This document shows, in pieces, positions 29,002 through 38,835 of a stretch of 64,000 nt of DNA; the stretch's first letter is position 1; each line of letters opens with the position of its first letter. Position numbers and translations under genes: made by a program. The stretch is from positions 8,359 to 72,358 of the forward strand of contig CAZOPW010000001.1 in the NCBI GenBank assembly GCA_964581795.1, read 5' to 3'. The notes below the pieces were generated by a model. That model saw only the letters and a program-made list of their open reading frames with translations. It did no database searches and was not told the origin of the DNA. The stretch is from an uncultured Thermoplasmatales archaeon. GTDB lineage: Archaea > Thermoplasmatota > E2 > DHVEG-1.

Positions 29002-29026
29002 ACCTTGTTTCCTTCTAATACAATTT

Positions 29027-31096
29027 TTATTTTACAAGTGTATTCACATCAAGGACTAATATGACCCTTCCATCACCAGTTATAGTTACTCCCGCGATAC
29101 CTTTCGTTCTTTTCATACTGCCGCCAACATTCTTAATAGTTATTTCTTGTTCACCAATTAATTGATCAACGAGTAATCCAAATTTTTTATCTTCTCGTTG
29201 GATTATCACACCATAAACACTTTTTGTCAAATCTTTGCCATCTTTTTCATTCTTAACAAGATCTTTTAATCCTAAAACAGGTAACACTTCATTTCGAATC
29301 ACCGTAGTTTTTTTGCCATCTATGTAATTGATATCTTCTGGTTGAAGTTTGACCGTTTCAATAATATTACTAATAGGAATTGCATATGTCTCCTGATCGA
29401 CACCAATAAATAACGCTTTGAAAATTGCCATCGTTAACGGTAATTTTAAAGAAAATGTACTTCCTTTATCCGTAGAAGACTGAACATCCACGACACCATT
29501 GAGCTTTTCAATAGTGGATTTGACTACATCCATTCCTACCCCTCGACCAGAAATATTAGTAATTTTTTCTGCACTACTTAATCCAGGTAAGAAAATAAGT
29601 TGTAATGCCTGCTGATCGGTCATTGATTGGACCTCTTGTTGCATTTTTAAACCTTTTTTCACAGCAGTTTCTTTAATTTTATCTGGGTTAATGCCTTTTC
29701 CATCATCTGTTACCTTAATGAGAACGTGATTTCGTTTACGTTCTGCAATAAGTTGAACAGTTCCAGCTGATGGTTTACCCTTTTTTTCTCTTTCTTCAGG
29801 TGTTTCAATTCCATGGTCGACTGCATTTCTAAGTAAATGAACTAGAGGATCTCCAATTTCATCTAAAACGGTACGATCAAGTTCTATTCCTTCACCTTCC
29901 ATCTGGAAATCAATCTGTTTTTCATTTTGCTTTGACAGGTCACGAACCATTCTAGGAAATCTATTGAATATATGTTTCATCGGTATCATTCGAATGTTCA
30001 TAATTTTGTCCTGTAGTTGATTGGTTAATCGATCAAAAGTTGAAATGGTTTCTGAAAGATCCTCTAAATTATGATCTGCAGCAATTTGAGTTAATCGACC
30101 TTTACTAATAACAAGCTCTCCTATGAGATTCATGAATTCATCAAGTTGATCCATTCCGACACGAATGCTTTGTGACTGCCGTGCTAATTCTTTTTTTGAT
30201 TTGATCGGTTTTTTGTCACTAGCCTTTTTTGTTTTTCGTTGGTTGTCTGGTTTCTCACTTGGACTATGGTCAGTCACTTCACCTTTTTTTTGAATTTGTT
30301 GATATTCTTTAGGAATTGATATTTTATCATTTTCAATTGAGAGAGGAATAACTTGTTTTTCTTCTAATTCTGAAACGGAATCAACTATTTCATGAACTGA
30401 TTCTTCATTTGCACTCGTGGTATAAAAGAGATCAAATGATTCATCAAAATCTCCCTCCTCTATCATTTTTCTTTTAGGATTAGTGTATACTATTTCACCA
30501 TTATCGCTTAATTTTTTTAAAAGAAGATATGCCCTTATTGATTTCATCCTGCATTGTTCATTAACTGATATATGCAATGCGTACACGGATTGTTCTTGTT
30601 CCAATTTTTGTAGCAAAGTTTCATTTATATCTTTTGGGAAATCTAATGAAACTGTTGTTGAATCTGATGGTTTGTTCTTTGGTTTTTTTTGTCCCGATGA
30701 AGAATTTAAGTAGTTTTCTAATTGCTCAATTAACCCATTAATATTAAAATCAGTTACATCATTTACCGCAATATCCTCCACCATTTCCTCTATTCCATCA
30801 AAACAATTAAAAATTAAATCAACAACATTGCTATCAACTGTAATTTCATGTTGACGAATAAGATCAAGAGTATCTTCAGTTTTGTGAGATAAATGTTGAA
30901 TGGAATCGTAATTTAACGTAGCAGCCATTCCTTTGATTGTATGTGCCGCACGAAAAATTTTGTTTAATGCTTCTTCATCCTCTGGATTTTGTTCAAAATC
31001 TAATAATGATTGATTTAATGTTGTAAGATGTTCCCTTGCTTCCTCAATGAACATCTCTTTGTATTCGCTGTTCTCATCATTCATTATGCAATTCAC
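29027..31096 (-). CDS. cheA: Chemotaxis histidine kinase CheA
   Basis: Hpt motif AAHTIKGMAATL. HATPase region (GRGVGMDVV). C-terminal CheW-like domain. Confidence 0.9.
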   Translation of the reverse strand: MNCIMNDENSEYKEMFIEEAREHLTTLNQSLLDFEQNPEDEEALNKIFRAAHTIKGMAATLNYDSIQHLSHKTEDTLDLIRQHEITVDSNVVDLIFNCFDGIEEMVEDIAVNDVTDFNINGLIEQLENYLNSSSGQKKPKNKPSDSTTVSLDFPKDINETLLQKLEQEQSVYALHISVNEQCRMKSIRAYLLLKKLSDNGEIVYTNPKRKMIEEGDFDESFDLFYTTSANEESVHEIVDSVSELEEKQVIPLSIENDKISIPKEYQQIQKKGEVTDHSPSEKPDNQRKTKKASDKKPIKSKKELARQSQSIRVGMDQLDEFMNLIGELVISKGRLTQIAADHNLEDLSETISTFDRLTNQLQDKIMNIRMIPMKHIFNRFPRMVRDLSKQNEKQIDFQMEGEGIELDRTVLDEIGDPLVHLLRNAVDHGIETPEEREKKGKPSAGTVQLIAERKRNHVLIKVTDDGKGINPDKIKETAVKKGLKMQQEVQSMTDQQALQLIFLPGLSSAEKITNISGRGVGMDVVKSTIEKLNGVVDVQSSTDKGSTFSLKLPLTMAIFKALFIGVDQETYAIPISNIIETVKLQPEDINYIDGKKTTVIRNEVLPVLGLKDLVKNEKDGKDLTKSVYGVIIQREDKKFGLLVDQLIGEQEITIKNVGGSMKRTKGIAGVTITGDGRVILVLDVNTLVK

Positions 31097-31097
31097 C

Positions 31098-32576
31098 TTA
31101 TTTTTTCTGCTTAAGCCATAATGTGCTTTGGGGAGCTATTTGATGAAGTGGAAGCACTTTATCCACTACCCCTAATTCAATCGCAGCTTTAGGCATACCA
31201 AAGATTATTGAAGTTTTTTCATCCTGAGCTATAGTTCTTCCCCCCTTTGCCTTAATTGTTCCCATTGCTTGTGCACCATCTCTACCCATGCCAGTTAATA
31301 ACACTGCAACAAGATGTTGTTGAAAGACTTCTGCAGCTGTAGAAAACGTTACATCCACAGCAGGTCTCACACCATGAATTTTAGGTTTTTTATTCAATGA
31401 AACATATCGTTTTAGTTTTCCATTATCCATTTCTTCCTCAACAGTCATATGATAATCGCCAGGCGCAATAAGAGCAACACCATTTTTGATTTCATCACCC
31501 TCGCTAGCTTCTTTTACATTAATCTCAGATAAGGTGTTTAATCGTTCTGCAAGAGATTTTGTAAATACCGGGGGCATGTGTTGAACAATCAGAATACCAG
31601 CAGTTATATCTCTAGGAATTTGAGGGATAAGTTTAGTAAGAGTTTGAGGCCCACCAGTAGAGGAACCAATGATTAATACTTTTTTTACAGTAGTCAATGG
31701 TTGAAAATGAGTTTTTCTTACTTCTGCAAATTTTGTCTTCATTTGATGAGCAGTTCTAACTTTTTCAAGTAATAACTCACTCATTGTCTGAATACTCGTA
31801 TGTGGTGCCGGTTTTGGAATAAAATCTATTGCCCCAGCATCTAATGCGTCTTTAATAGCAGCCATATTATGCTCAGCTTCGCCACTTATTACTATGACTG
31901 GGAGTGTTCGCTCTTGCAATAATTTTTGTGTAGCTATTACACCATCAACATTTGGCATATTAATATCCATTAACACAACATCAGGATGAATTTCTTGTAA
32001 TTTTTGTAATGCTTCACCACCATCAAGAGCAGTTCCAATAATATTCATATCATGTTGTGAACTAATGATTTCTGAAATCTTTTTCAAAAAAAAGGGCGAA
32101 TCGTCGACCAAAAAAACGTTAATTAATGATTTTGTTGCACTTGCCATCTTCGTTCTTGAATATGTTTCAAAGTTAACATTTGCATGAGCAGATGTTTTTA
32201 CTTTTTCAATTAATTCAGAGCCTATTTCCTTCATATTTAACGATATTGAACCAGATGGTTTACAAATAAAATCAATTGCTCCAGCGTGTAACGATTCAAT
32301 TGTAATCCTTGCTCCTTGAGATGTCAATGCACTTACCATAACTATTGGTTTTGGATTATGTTTCATGATGTGCCTAACAGCATCAATACCATTCATTTCT
32401 GGCATTTCAACATCCATCGTAATGACATCTGGATTGAATTTTTCTGTTTTTTTGATAGCATCAACGCCGTTTTTTGCTGTGCCAATCACTGATATTTGAG
32501 GATCTTGTTTAAGAATATCACTAATCACTTTTCGCATAAATGCAGAATCATCGACAACAAGAACGTTTAGGCTCAC
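31098..32576 (-). CDS. cheB: Chemotaxis methylesterase CheB with two tandem N-terminal receiver domains (REC-REC-CheB_methylest, 492 aa)
   Basis: REC1 VLVVDDSAFMRK...ITMDVEMP...FICKP. REC2 VFLVDDSPFFLKK...VLMDINMP...FIPKP. Methylesterase domain with GSSTGGPQ and HMPPVFT. Confidence 0.85.
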   Translation of the reverse strand: MSLNVLVVDDSAFMRKVISDILKQDPQISVIGTAKNGVDAIKKTEKFNPDVITMDVEMPEMNGIDAVRHIMKHNPKPIVMVSALTSQGARITIESLHAGAIDFICKPSGSISLNMKEIGSELIEKVKTSAHANVNFETYSRTKMASATKSLINVFLVDDSPFFLKKISEIISSQHDMNIIGTALDGGEALQKLQEIHPDVVLMDINMPNVDGVIATQKLLQERTLPVIVISGEAEHNMAAIKDALDAGAIDFIPKPAPHTSIQTMSELLLEKVRTAHQMKTKFAEVRKTHFQPLTTVKKVLIIGSSTGGPQTLTKLIPQIPRDITAGILIVQHMPPVFTKSLAERLNTLSEINVKEASEGDEIKNGVALIAPGDYHMTVEEEMDNGKLKRYVSLNKKPKIHGVRPAVDVTFSTAAEVFQQHLVAVLLTGMGRDGAQAMGTIKAKGGRTIAQDEKTSIIFGMPKAAIELGVVDKVLPLHQIAPQSTLWLKQKK

Positions 32577-32603
32577 AACGTATCCCTCTAAGAACAGAGG
32601 AAG

Positions 32604-33014
32604 TTATCCCATTATTTTTCCAACTTCTTCCAAAACCTGGGGAGCCTGAAATGGTTTTACAATATATCCCTTGGCACCTGCTTCAATTGCTTCCTTAACT
32701 TTTGTCTCTTGTCCTACAGCAGTCACCATGATTATGTTTGCATTCCCATCTTCTGCAACTATATTTTTTACTGCTTCTATTCCTTCCATATTCGGCATTA
32801 CTATATCCATAGTGACAAGGTCTGGTTTATGTTTCTTGTATGCCTCAATTGCTTCCAGTCCATCGGATGCTTCAGCAACAATTTCAAATCCCTTAGGTTT
32901 AAGGATATTTGCTAGCATCATCCGCATGAATTTTGTATCATCTACTAACATCACTTTTTTTCCCATACGACCCTCCTCACCGCAAAAGGTGGTGTCGTTT
33001 ATCAATTTTTCCAT
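32604..33014 (-). CDS. cheY: Chemotaxis response regulator CheY
   Basis: VMLVDDTKFMR...VTMDIVMP...YIVKP. Real start possibly the internal Met (MGKKVML, ~32966). Confidence 0.9.
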   Translation of the reverse strand: MEKLINDTTFCGEEGRMGKKVMLVDDTKFMRMMLANILKPKGFEIVAEASDGLEAIEAYKKHKPDLVTMDIVMPNMEGIEAVKNIVAEDGNANIIMVTAVGQETKVKEAIEAGAKGYIVKPFQAPQVLEEVGKIMG

Positions 33015-33054
33015 ATTTTTTATTTTATTCTTTTGAATTTAGTTTTTTTATATT

Positions 33055-34005
33055 TTACTTAAGATTCTTTTTCATTTGTTCAACAATGTGTTTTGTTCCC
33101 TTTTCTGTTAGTTCATATTCCTGATCACCAGAAACACGAAGTACCTCTTTTGATAAGAGATCATCAACAATACTCTGTAATTCCTCCTCAGAAATCCCTA
33201 GCATCTCTGTTGCCATAGATGCATCAATATCACTAGTATACATCATTTGAACAAGCATGAACTGTTGTTCATTTAATTCAATCGTTTCTGATTCCTTTGC
33301 TTTACTTTCAGAGATGAGTTGAACGTATGAACCCATAAAGGAAATTAATGGACGTTTGCCAGTAATCAAAGTTGAAATAATCGTTCCTTCTTTTTGATAT
33401 TTAAGTGTTAAAGAGGAATCTTGTTTATCTTGTAAATTAATTTCAAAATCATCCAAATTTAGTAAATCGATTGTTTCTTTTTGTTTCTTGCCTAACCATT
33501 CTGCAGCAAGTATAACATTATTTTTTTTAATGAACACATTTCCTTCAACAGGTTTTTTATCTAAAAGGATTTTTCCACCTTTACTAAATGGACTTACGAA
33601 CTCTATTGTTTTTCCATTTGTTAAAAGAATGCATAAAAATTTTTTAATTTTCTTTGCATTCTCATGCGAGGTTGATAATAAACAGGCTTTTTCCTCATTA
33701 TCATCTGAGATATAATGGACTGGTATAATTGTCGTTGAACCTAGAGCTTTTCGCCAGAGTTCAACTTTCCTATCCACATCAGTAATTTTATCATATGGCA
33801 AAATCTTAATATTTTCTTCATCTGGTTTATTATCTTTCTCTGGAGCCAATAGTATTTTTTTCGTTGTTAATGTTAAAAAACCTGGAGTAAGCCTTTTCTC
33901 ATTATTTTTATCCTTTAAATTTGAGAGTTTGTAAATGAATTTTAAATATGAATTTTGGATCAATGCTTTTTCTTCAGCCATCCTACCGTAACCTTTCTTT
34001 TCCAA
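33055..34005 (-). CDS. Putative CheF-like archaeal chemotaxis adaptor (first gene of che operon)
   Basis: Position (cheF-cheY-cheB-cheA-cheC-cheD-cheR is the canonical archaeal order). ~316 aa. No bacterial-type che domain. C-terminal wHTH-like segment. Confidence 0.45.
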   Translation of the reverse strand: MEKKGYGRMAEEKALIQNSYLKFIYKLSNLKDKNNEKRLTPGFLTLTTKKILLAPEKDNKPDEENIKILPYDKITDVDRKVELWRKALGSTTIIPVHYISDDNEEKACLLSTSHENAKKIKKFLCILLTNGKTIEFVSPFSKGGKILLDKKPVEGNVFIKKNNVILAAEWLGKKQKETIDLLNLDDFEINLQDKQDSSLTLKYQKEGTIISTLITGKRPLISFMGSYVQLISESKAKESETIELNEQQFMLVQMMYTSDIDASMATEMLGISEEELQSIVDDLLSKEVLRVSGDQEYELTEKGTKHIVEQMKKNLK

Positions 34006-34252
34006 AGAATTTTCGATTGGAGTAAATCGCGGTGAAAGTAAATGGATTATTCATTTTTTAATTGATTTATCTCTTTATTGGAAATTCTTTTATCAATCCC
34101 ATCTCCACTTATCATTCATCCTCGCATATTCCATCCGTAACTGAAAATAGAAAACTCCTATTTAAAGTTACATCATAAATTATGTTTATTAAAAGAAAGA
34201 TTGTAGTAACTAATCATTTAATGAGATAAAAAGAAAAGGATAATTATCCTGA

Positions 34253-34744
34253 TTATTTATTTTCTCTTTGTTGCTGAATAACCCATAATCCAATTGGCCT
34301 AACATCAGGAGTTGATGCCATCTTTGATTTTGTCCAATCCATTAGCTCTTCTTTTGAAAGATGCTGACAGCAGTGTTCGCAAGCAAAAAATTCATCAGCA
34401 ACAACTAAACCAGACAAATTTTTCCCTAACACTATGTCTTTTTCACAAACATCACAGATTACTGTAGATTCATCTGTGAGTCCAATAACCTCAGAATTCA
34501 TAATCGAAACGGGTTCTGAATTTTCAATATGTGAAATTGTATCTTTTATATTTTGATTATCATTAATTTTTTTGGATTTATTATTATCTTGCTTTTTTGA
34601 GATTTTTTTAGTTTTTTTAGATCCAATCTCAGTACTTTCTTTCGTACTATCATTCATCGAATCATCAGAGGTAGTTTTATTAGAAGTAATTTTCTTAAGT
34701 TTTTGAATATGAGATATAATCTCATCAATATCTTTATTTTCCAT
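34253..34744 (-). CDS. Lysine-rich protein with C-terminal zinc-ribbon (CxxC...CxxC)
   Basis: CDVCEKD...CEHCCQH cysteine pairs; basic low-complexity N-terminus. Confidence 0.4.
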   Translation of the reverse strand: MENKDIDEIISHIQKLKKITSNKTTSDDSMNDSTKESTEIGSKKTKKISKKQDNNKSKKINDNQNIKDTISHIENSEPVSIMNSEVIGLTDESTVICDVCEKDIVLGKNLSGLVVADEFFACEHCCQHLSKEELMDWTKSKMASTPDVRPIGLWVIQQQRENK

Positions 34745-35013
34745 ATGTTCAATCCCCTGAAATTAATGAAAACACTATACCCTCTCACTTTTAAAGATTT
34801 TTCTTTTATAATAAAATTTACTGATTCCTACTAAATTTTAATTAGAATATTCTGATGAGGCAGAGTAATTCTTTATAATCCTTTACATAATAATTTATAT
34901 TAATTTCAAAATTATCATAATGATATATTAAAAATATTGAACAGATTTCATTATTTTTCGACAATTTTAAATAGCTTAATTTTAATTTGTCAAAAAGACC
35001 TAATGCTACTTTG

Positions 35014-35046
35014 GATGTGGATTTGGGATGAATCAATTGCAGGAGA
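35014..35046. promoter_or_regulatory. Degenerate hexamer array (GATGTG GATTTG GGATGA ... TGCAGG) followed by TATA-like AATTATATTTAAA upstream of the MCP gene
   Basis: Weaker member of the same repeat family. Confidence 0.35.
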
Positions 35047-35151
35047 TAAAAATTGTCAATTATATTTAAATTTGACTTAAAGTAATTGTTTTTATTTTCT
35101 CATTTTAGGATTATTCATCTCAATGAAGCTGGCTTTAGATAAATAACAAAG

Positions 35152-37641
35152 GTGAATTGGAAGATGGGATGGAAAGGAAAAAAATTCCAAGACATGAGTA
35201 TAAAATGGAAGCTGTTGATTATATGCGTACTTTTGGTAAGCGTACCCGTTGCTGCTGCTGGAACTATTAGTTACCAAACATCAGAACGAGAAACATTCCA
35301 ACAAATTGAGGATCAACTTACCGAACAAGCACTTGCATGGAAAACAATTGTCCAAGGGCAATCAGATGTTTTAGATAGGGAAGATGAACTCATAAGAGAT
35401 GAATGTATCGCAATTTCTCGTGATGTAAAAAAGATGATTGAACTCATTGTTCAGCAACATGGAACTTCACCAAGTGACTCTGTAGTGAACAATCTCTTTG
35501 ATAAAATAGCTGAAATTACTGTAGGGAAAACCGGTTATGTCTATCTAATTAGTTGTGTAGACGATAATCCACTTGAGACAATACTCAATGATGGAAATGA
35601 CTATAACAAAGGATATTACGTTGTATCTAAAGGACGCGCTCGAGATGGAGATAATATTTGGAGCGCGCAAGATAACGATGGTGTATATTTTATTCAAAAT
35701 ATGGTCAATCAAGCTTTAACTCTTACGGGTGATGAAGCTTTTACTATTGATTATCCCTGGCAGAATGAAGGTGAAACAGAAGCAAGGATGAAACTAGGTG
35801 GAATAACCTATTACGAACCATGGAATATTCTTATTGGTGCTAGTTCATATTATGATGATTTTAAAAGTTCTGACATTCAAGAAGATCTCAAAGATAATAT
35901 CGCAAGTCAAGTAATCGGAAAAACCGGATATATTTTTGTTCTCGACGGTAGTGGTGATGAGCAAGGTAATTATATTGTTTCAAAAAGTCGTGAAAGAGAT
36001 GGGGAAAATATTTGGGACGCAACAGATGCAGATGGCGAGTACTTTATTCAACAAATTGTTACAAATGCAAAGAAAGTGAGTGAAGGAGATGCTCATATAC
36101 AATACTATCCTTGGCAAAACGAGGGTGAATCCTCCTCGAGATTAAAACTAGCCGCATGTACCTATGTACCAGAATGGGATTGGGTAATTGGTGTGAGTGC
36201 ATATCAAGAAGATTTTTTGGATGGTTTAAAAACGATTCAAATGACAACAATAAGCATTGTAGTGATCTCAATAATTCTAGGTAGTATAGTTGCCTACTTC
36301 TTTGCGATGGCGTTAACTAAACCAATAAATAAAGTTGTTGGAGTCGTTAAATCAAATGATCTCTCCCAAAGATGCAATATTTCCTCCAAAGATGAAATTG
36401 GTACCATAGGTGGTGCCGTAGATGGGATGTTAAATAATCTAGCAGTACCCGTTAAAGAGATGGCAGATAAAGCCAATAAAATAGCAAAAGGAGATCTTAC
36501 TGTTGATTTAAATGTTAAAGCCGAAGGGGATGTTGGAAGACTCGTTGATGGTTTTAAGCAAATGATAACTAATTTACAGTCTGTCATTGGAGAAATAAAA
36601 AATACATCAACAACTACTGCATCTACTGCTGAAGAACTTAGTAGCAGTGCTGAAGAAGTAAATGCTAGTATGGAAGAAGTTTCAAGTACAATTCAACAAG
36701 TAGCTGAAGGGAGTCAAAACACGGCAAAAGATAGTGAAAACATGATTAATCAAGCAAAGCAAGCAAGTGAAAACAGTGAACAAGGTCAGGAAGCCGCCAA
36801 AGAAGTTTCTCAGAAAATGCAACTTATTAAAACAACAACGCAAGAAGGGGCAGAAAAAATCGGTTCACTTGGGGAGAAAAGCAAGGAAATCGGCAATATC
36901 GTTGATACGATTAATCAAATCAGTGAACAAACGAATTTACTTGCATTAAACGCTGCAATAGAAGCAGCTCGTGCTGGAGAAGCAGGAAGAGGTTTCGCTG
37001 TCGTTGCGGATGAAGTTCGAAAACTCGCAGAGGAAAGCGGTCAAGCAACTCAAAAAATTAGTTCTTTAATCAAAGGCATACAAACCGAGATTGACAGTGC
37101 TGTCTCTAGTATGAACGAGAATTCAAAGCAAGTCGAAGAAGGTGGTCGAGACGTTGAAAAAGCAATGCAGGCATTCCAAACATTGCCTGAAGTCATTAAA
37201 GCAGTTAATCAAAGTGCTGAAGAAGTGGGAAGTGTAGCCCAAGAGAATGCTAGTGGAGCAGAAGAGGTCAGTGCTAGTATTGAAGAAGTGACAAGCAGTA
37301 TGCAACAGGTAACAAGTTCAAGTCAACAAATGGCAGATATAGCAACACGACTTCAGGAAATTGTTAGTAGCTTCAAAATCGATGAATCAGCTTTAGGATC
37401 TAACCAGTTTGATCATTCGGAAGCAAACAATGATAAGTCAGCTGATTATGGTTCAAATAATCAATTTGAACCTTCATCTTTTTCCTCTCAAGAACCTGCC
37501 ACAACACAAAATAAACAGACGGATGTTAAAGAATTATCAATAGGCAATAAAGCAAAAAAATTCTTTTCCAAAACAAGAAGTAGAAACAATCAATCTCAAC
37601 AAAAAGAAATCTCAGAGGAAGATACAACTAATATCCAATAA
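35152..37641 (+). CDS. Methyl-accepting chemotaxis protein with large repeated extracellular sensor domain, HAMP and MCP signalling domain
   Basis: N-terminal TM. Internally repeated periplasmic module ([21 protein letters not shown] / [21 protein letters not shown]; YPWQNEG twice). Second TM. Signalling-domain core [34 protein letters not shown]. Confidence 0.9.
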   Translation: MNWKMGWKGKKFQDMSIKWKLLIICVLLVSVPVAAAGTISYQTSERETFQQIEDQLTEQALAWKTIVQGQSDVLDREDELIRDECIAISRDVKKMIELIVQQHGTSPSDSVVNNLFDKIAEITVGKTGYVYLISCVDDNPLETILNDGNDYNKGYYVVSKGRARDGDNIWSAQDNDGVYFIQNMVNQALTLTGDEAFTIDYPWQNEGETEARMKLGGITYYEPWNILIGASSYYDDFKSSDIQEDLKDNIASQVIGKTGYIFVLDGSGDEQGNYIVSKSRERDGENIWDATDADGEYFIQQIVTNAKKVSEGDAHIQYYPWQNEGESSSRLKLAACTYVPEWDWVIGVSAYQEDFLDGLKTIQMTTISIVVISIILGSIVAYFFAMALTKPINKVVGVVKSNDLSQRCNISSKDEIGTIGGAVDGMLNNLAVPVKEMADKANKIAKGDLTVDLNVKAEGDVGRLVDGFKQMITNLQSVIGEIKNTSTTTASTAEELSSSAEEVNASMEEVSSTIQQVAEGSQNTAKDSENMINQAKQASENSEQGQEAAKEVSQKMQLIKTTTQEGAEKIGSLGEKSKEIGNIVDTINQISEQTNLLALNAAIEAARAGEAGRGFAVVADEVRKLAEESGQATQKISSLIKGIQTEIDSAVSSMNENSKQVEEGGRDVEKAMQAFQTLPEVIKAVNQSAEEVGSVAQENASGAEEVSASIEEVTSSMQQVTSSSQQMADIATRLQEIVSSFKIDESALGSNQFDHSEANNDKSADYGSNNQFEPSSFSSQEPATTQNKQTDVKELSIGNKAKKFFSKTRSRNNQSQQKEISEEDTTNIQ

Positions 37642-37656
37642 AGGAGTTGAAATAAC

Positions 37657-38301
37657 ATGCCAGTAGGAACGGACCAAGATGGTTTTGGTAAGCATGGCGC
37701 TGATGACCGGCAACTTGTTATATTCAAAATCGCAGGTGAAGAATTTGGTGTTGACATCAATGAAGTCAAAGAAATCATTCGTTGGGAAGATGTAACTCGT
37801 ATTCCAAATACAGAAAGTTACATTAAAGGCGTTATCAACCTGCGTGGAAGTATTGTTGTAGTTAATGATCTTGCAATGAAACTCGGACTTCCATCAAAGG
37901 AAGTAGATGATGATACAAGAATCCTTGTTGTCGAAGTCGATGGAAATACCGTTGGGATGGTTGTTGATAGTGCTACTGAAGTTTTACGTCTCGAAGGGGA
38001 AAAAGTGCAAGATGCGCCTGATATGATAACAAGTGGTATCGATCAGAATTATATTGATGGTGTTGGCATATTAAATGAAAAACGGTTGCTTACATTATTA
38101 GATCTTACTAAAGTAATGGCTTCAAAAGATTATGAAAAAATATTACAAGTACAGCAGCAGGCAAATAACCAATTTGAACAGAAAAAACAAGGAAAAAATG
38201 CATCTGATTCTCCTAGAAATAAAACTCAAAATACTGATGAAAATGATGAAAATATGAAAGAATCTTCATCAAAAAAAAAGAAAGTTAAGAACAAAAAATG
38301 A
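37657..38301 (+). CDS. cheW: Chemotaxis coupling protein CheW with lysine-rich C-terminal tail
   Basis: CheW-like domain (FGVDINEVKEIIRWEDVTRIPNTESYIKGVINLRGSIVVV). Confidence 0.85.
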   Translation: MPVGTDQDGFGKHGADDRQLVIFKIAGEEFGVDINEVKEIIRWEDVTRIPNTESYIKGVINLRGSIVVVNDLAMKLGLPSKEVDDDTRILVVEVDGNTVGMVVDSATEVLRLEGEKVQDAPDMITSGIDQNYIDGVGILNEKRLLTLLDLTKVMASKDYEKILQVQQQANNQFEQKKQGKNASDSPRNKTQNTDENDENMKESSSKKKKVKNKK

Positions 38302-38433
38302 GAAAAAGAGGAGAAGAAAATCGAATTAAAAGAATGTAAATTTACTAATCAAAATATATGAGACAATTTTTGTCTCTTCTTTTTTTACCAGAAAACATTT
38401 CAACAACTTCTCTTATGTTCAATAAAACATTAT

Positions 38434-38808
38434 ATGGATCTGATCGGGATGGTAAGAAGATATAAAGCTCATTGTAACGCTTGTTCTCAGGAATTTACAG
38501 TTAAATATGGAAGTAAAAATAAAAGAAAAATAATTTATGAAACCTATTCATGTCCTCAGTGTAATAATCTTTTTTCAATTTCTAATACTGATCATCAATT
38601 TTGTTGTCCGGAGTGCGGGAATACTAATCTTATTCGGTATAATATGAACAAGGAAAAAAATATTGCATATTATAAAAGAATGTATGAAGAACATCTTCTT
38701 CCTGAAGACAAATTTAATGAAATCATAGGTTTTTGGGAGACAGTTAAGAGCGACGAATGCCCTAAGTGTGGAAAACATGAACTCACCTGGGCTCCAATAA
38801 ATCAATAA
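38434..38808 (+). CDS. Small multi-zinc-ribbon protein
   Basis: Four CxxC pairs (CNAC, CPQC, CPEC, CPKC). Confidence 0.4.
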   Translation: MDLIGMVRRYKAHCNACSQEFTVKYGSKNKRKIIYETYSCPQCNNLFSISNTDHQFCCPECGNTNLIRYNMNKEKNIAYYKRMYEEHLLPEDKFNEIIGFWETVKSDECPKCGKHELTWAPINQ

Positions 38809-38835
38809 AATGACTTCTATTAATCAAAATCTATC

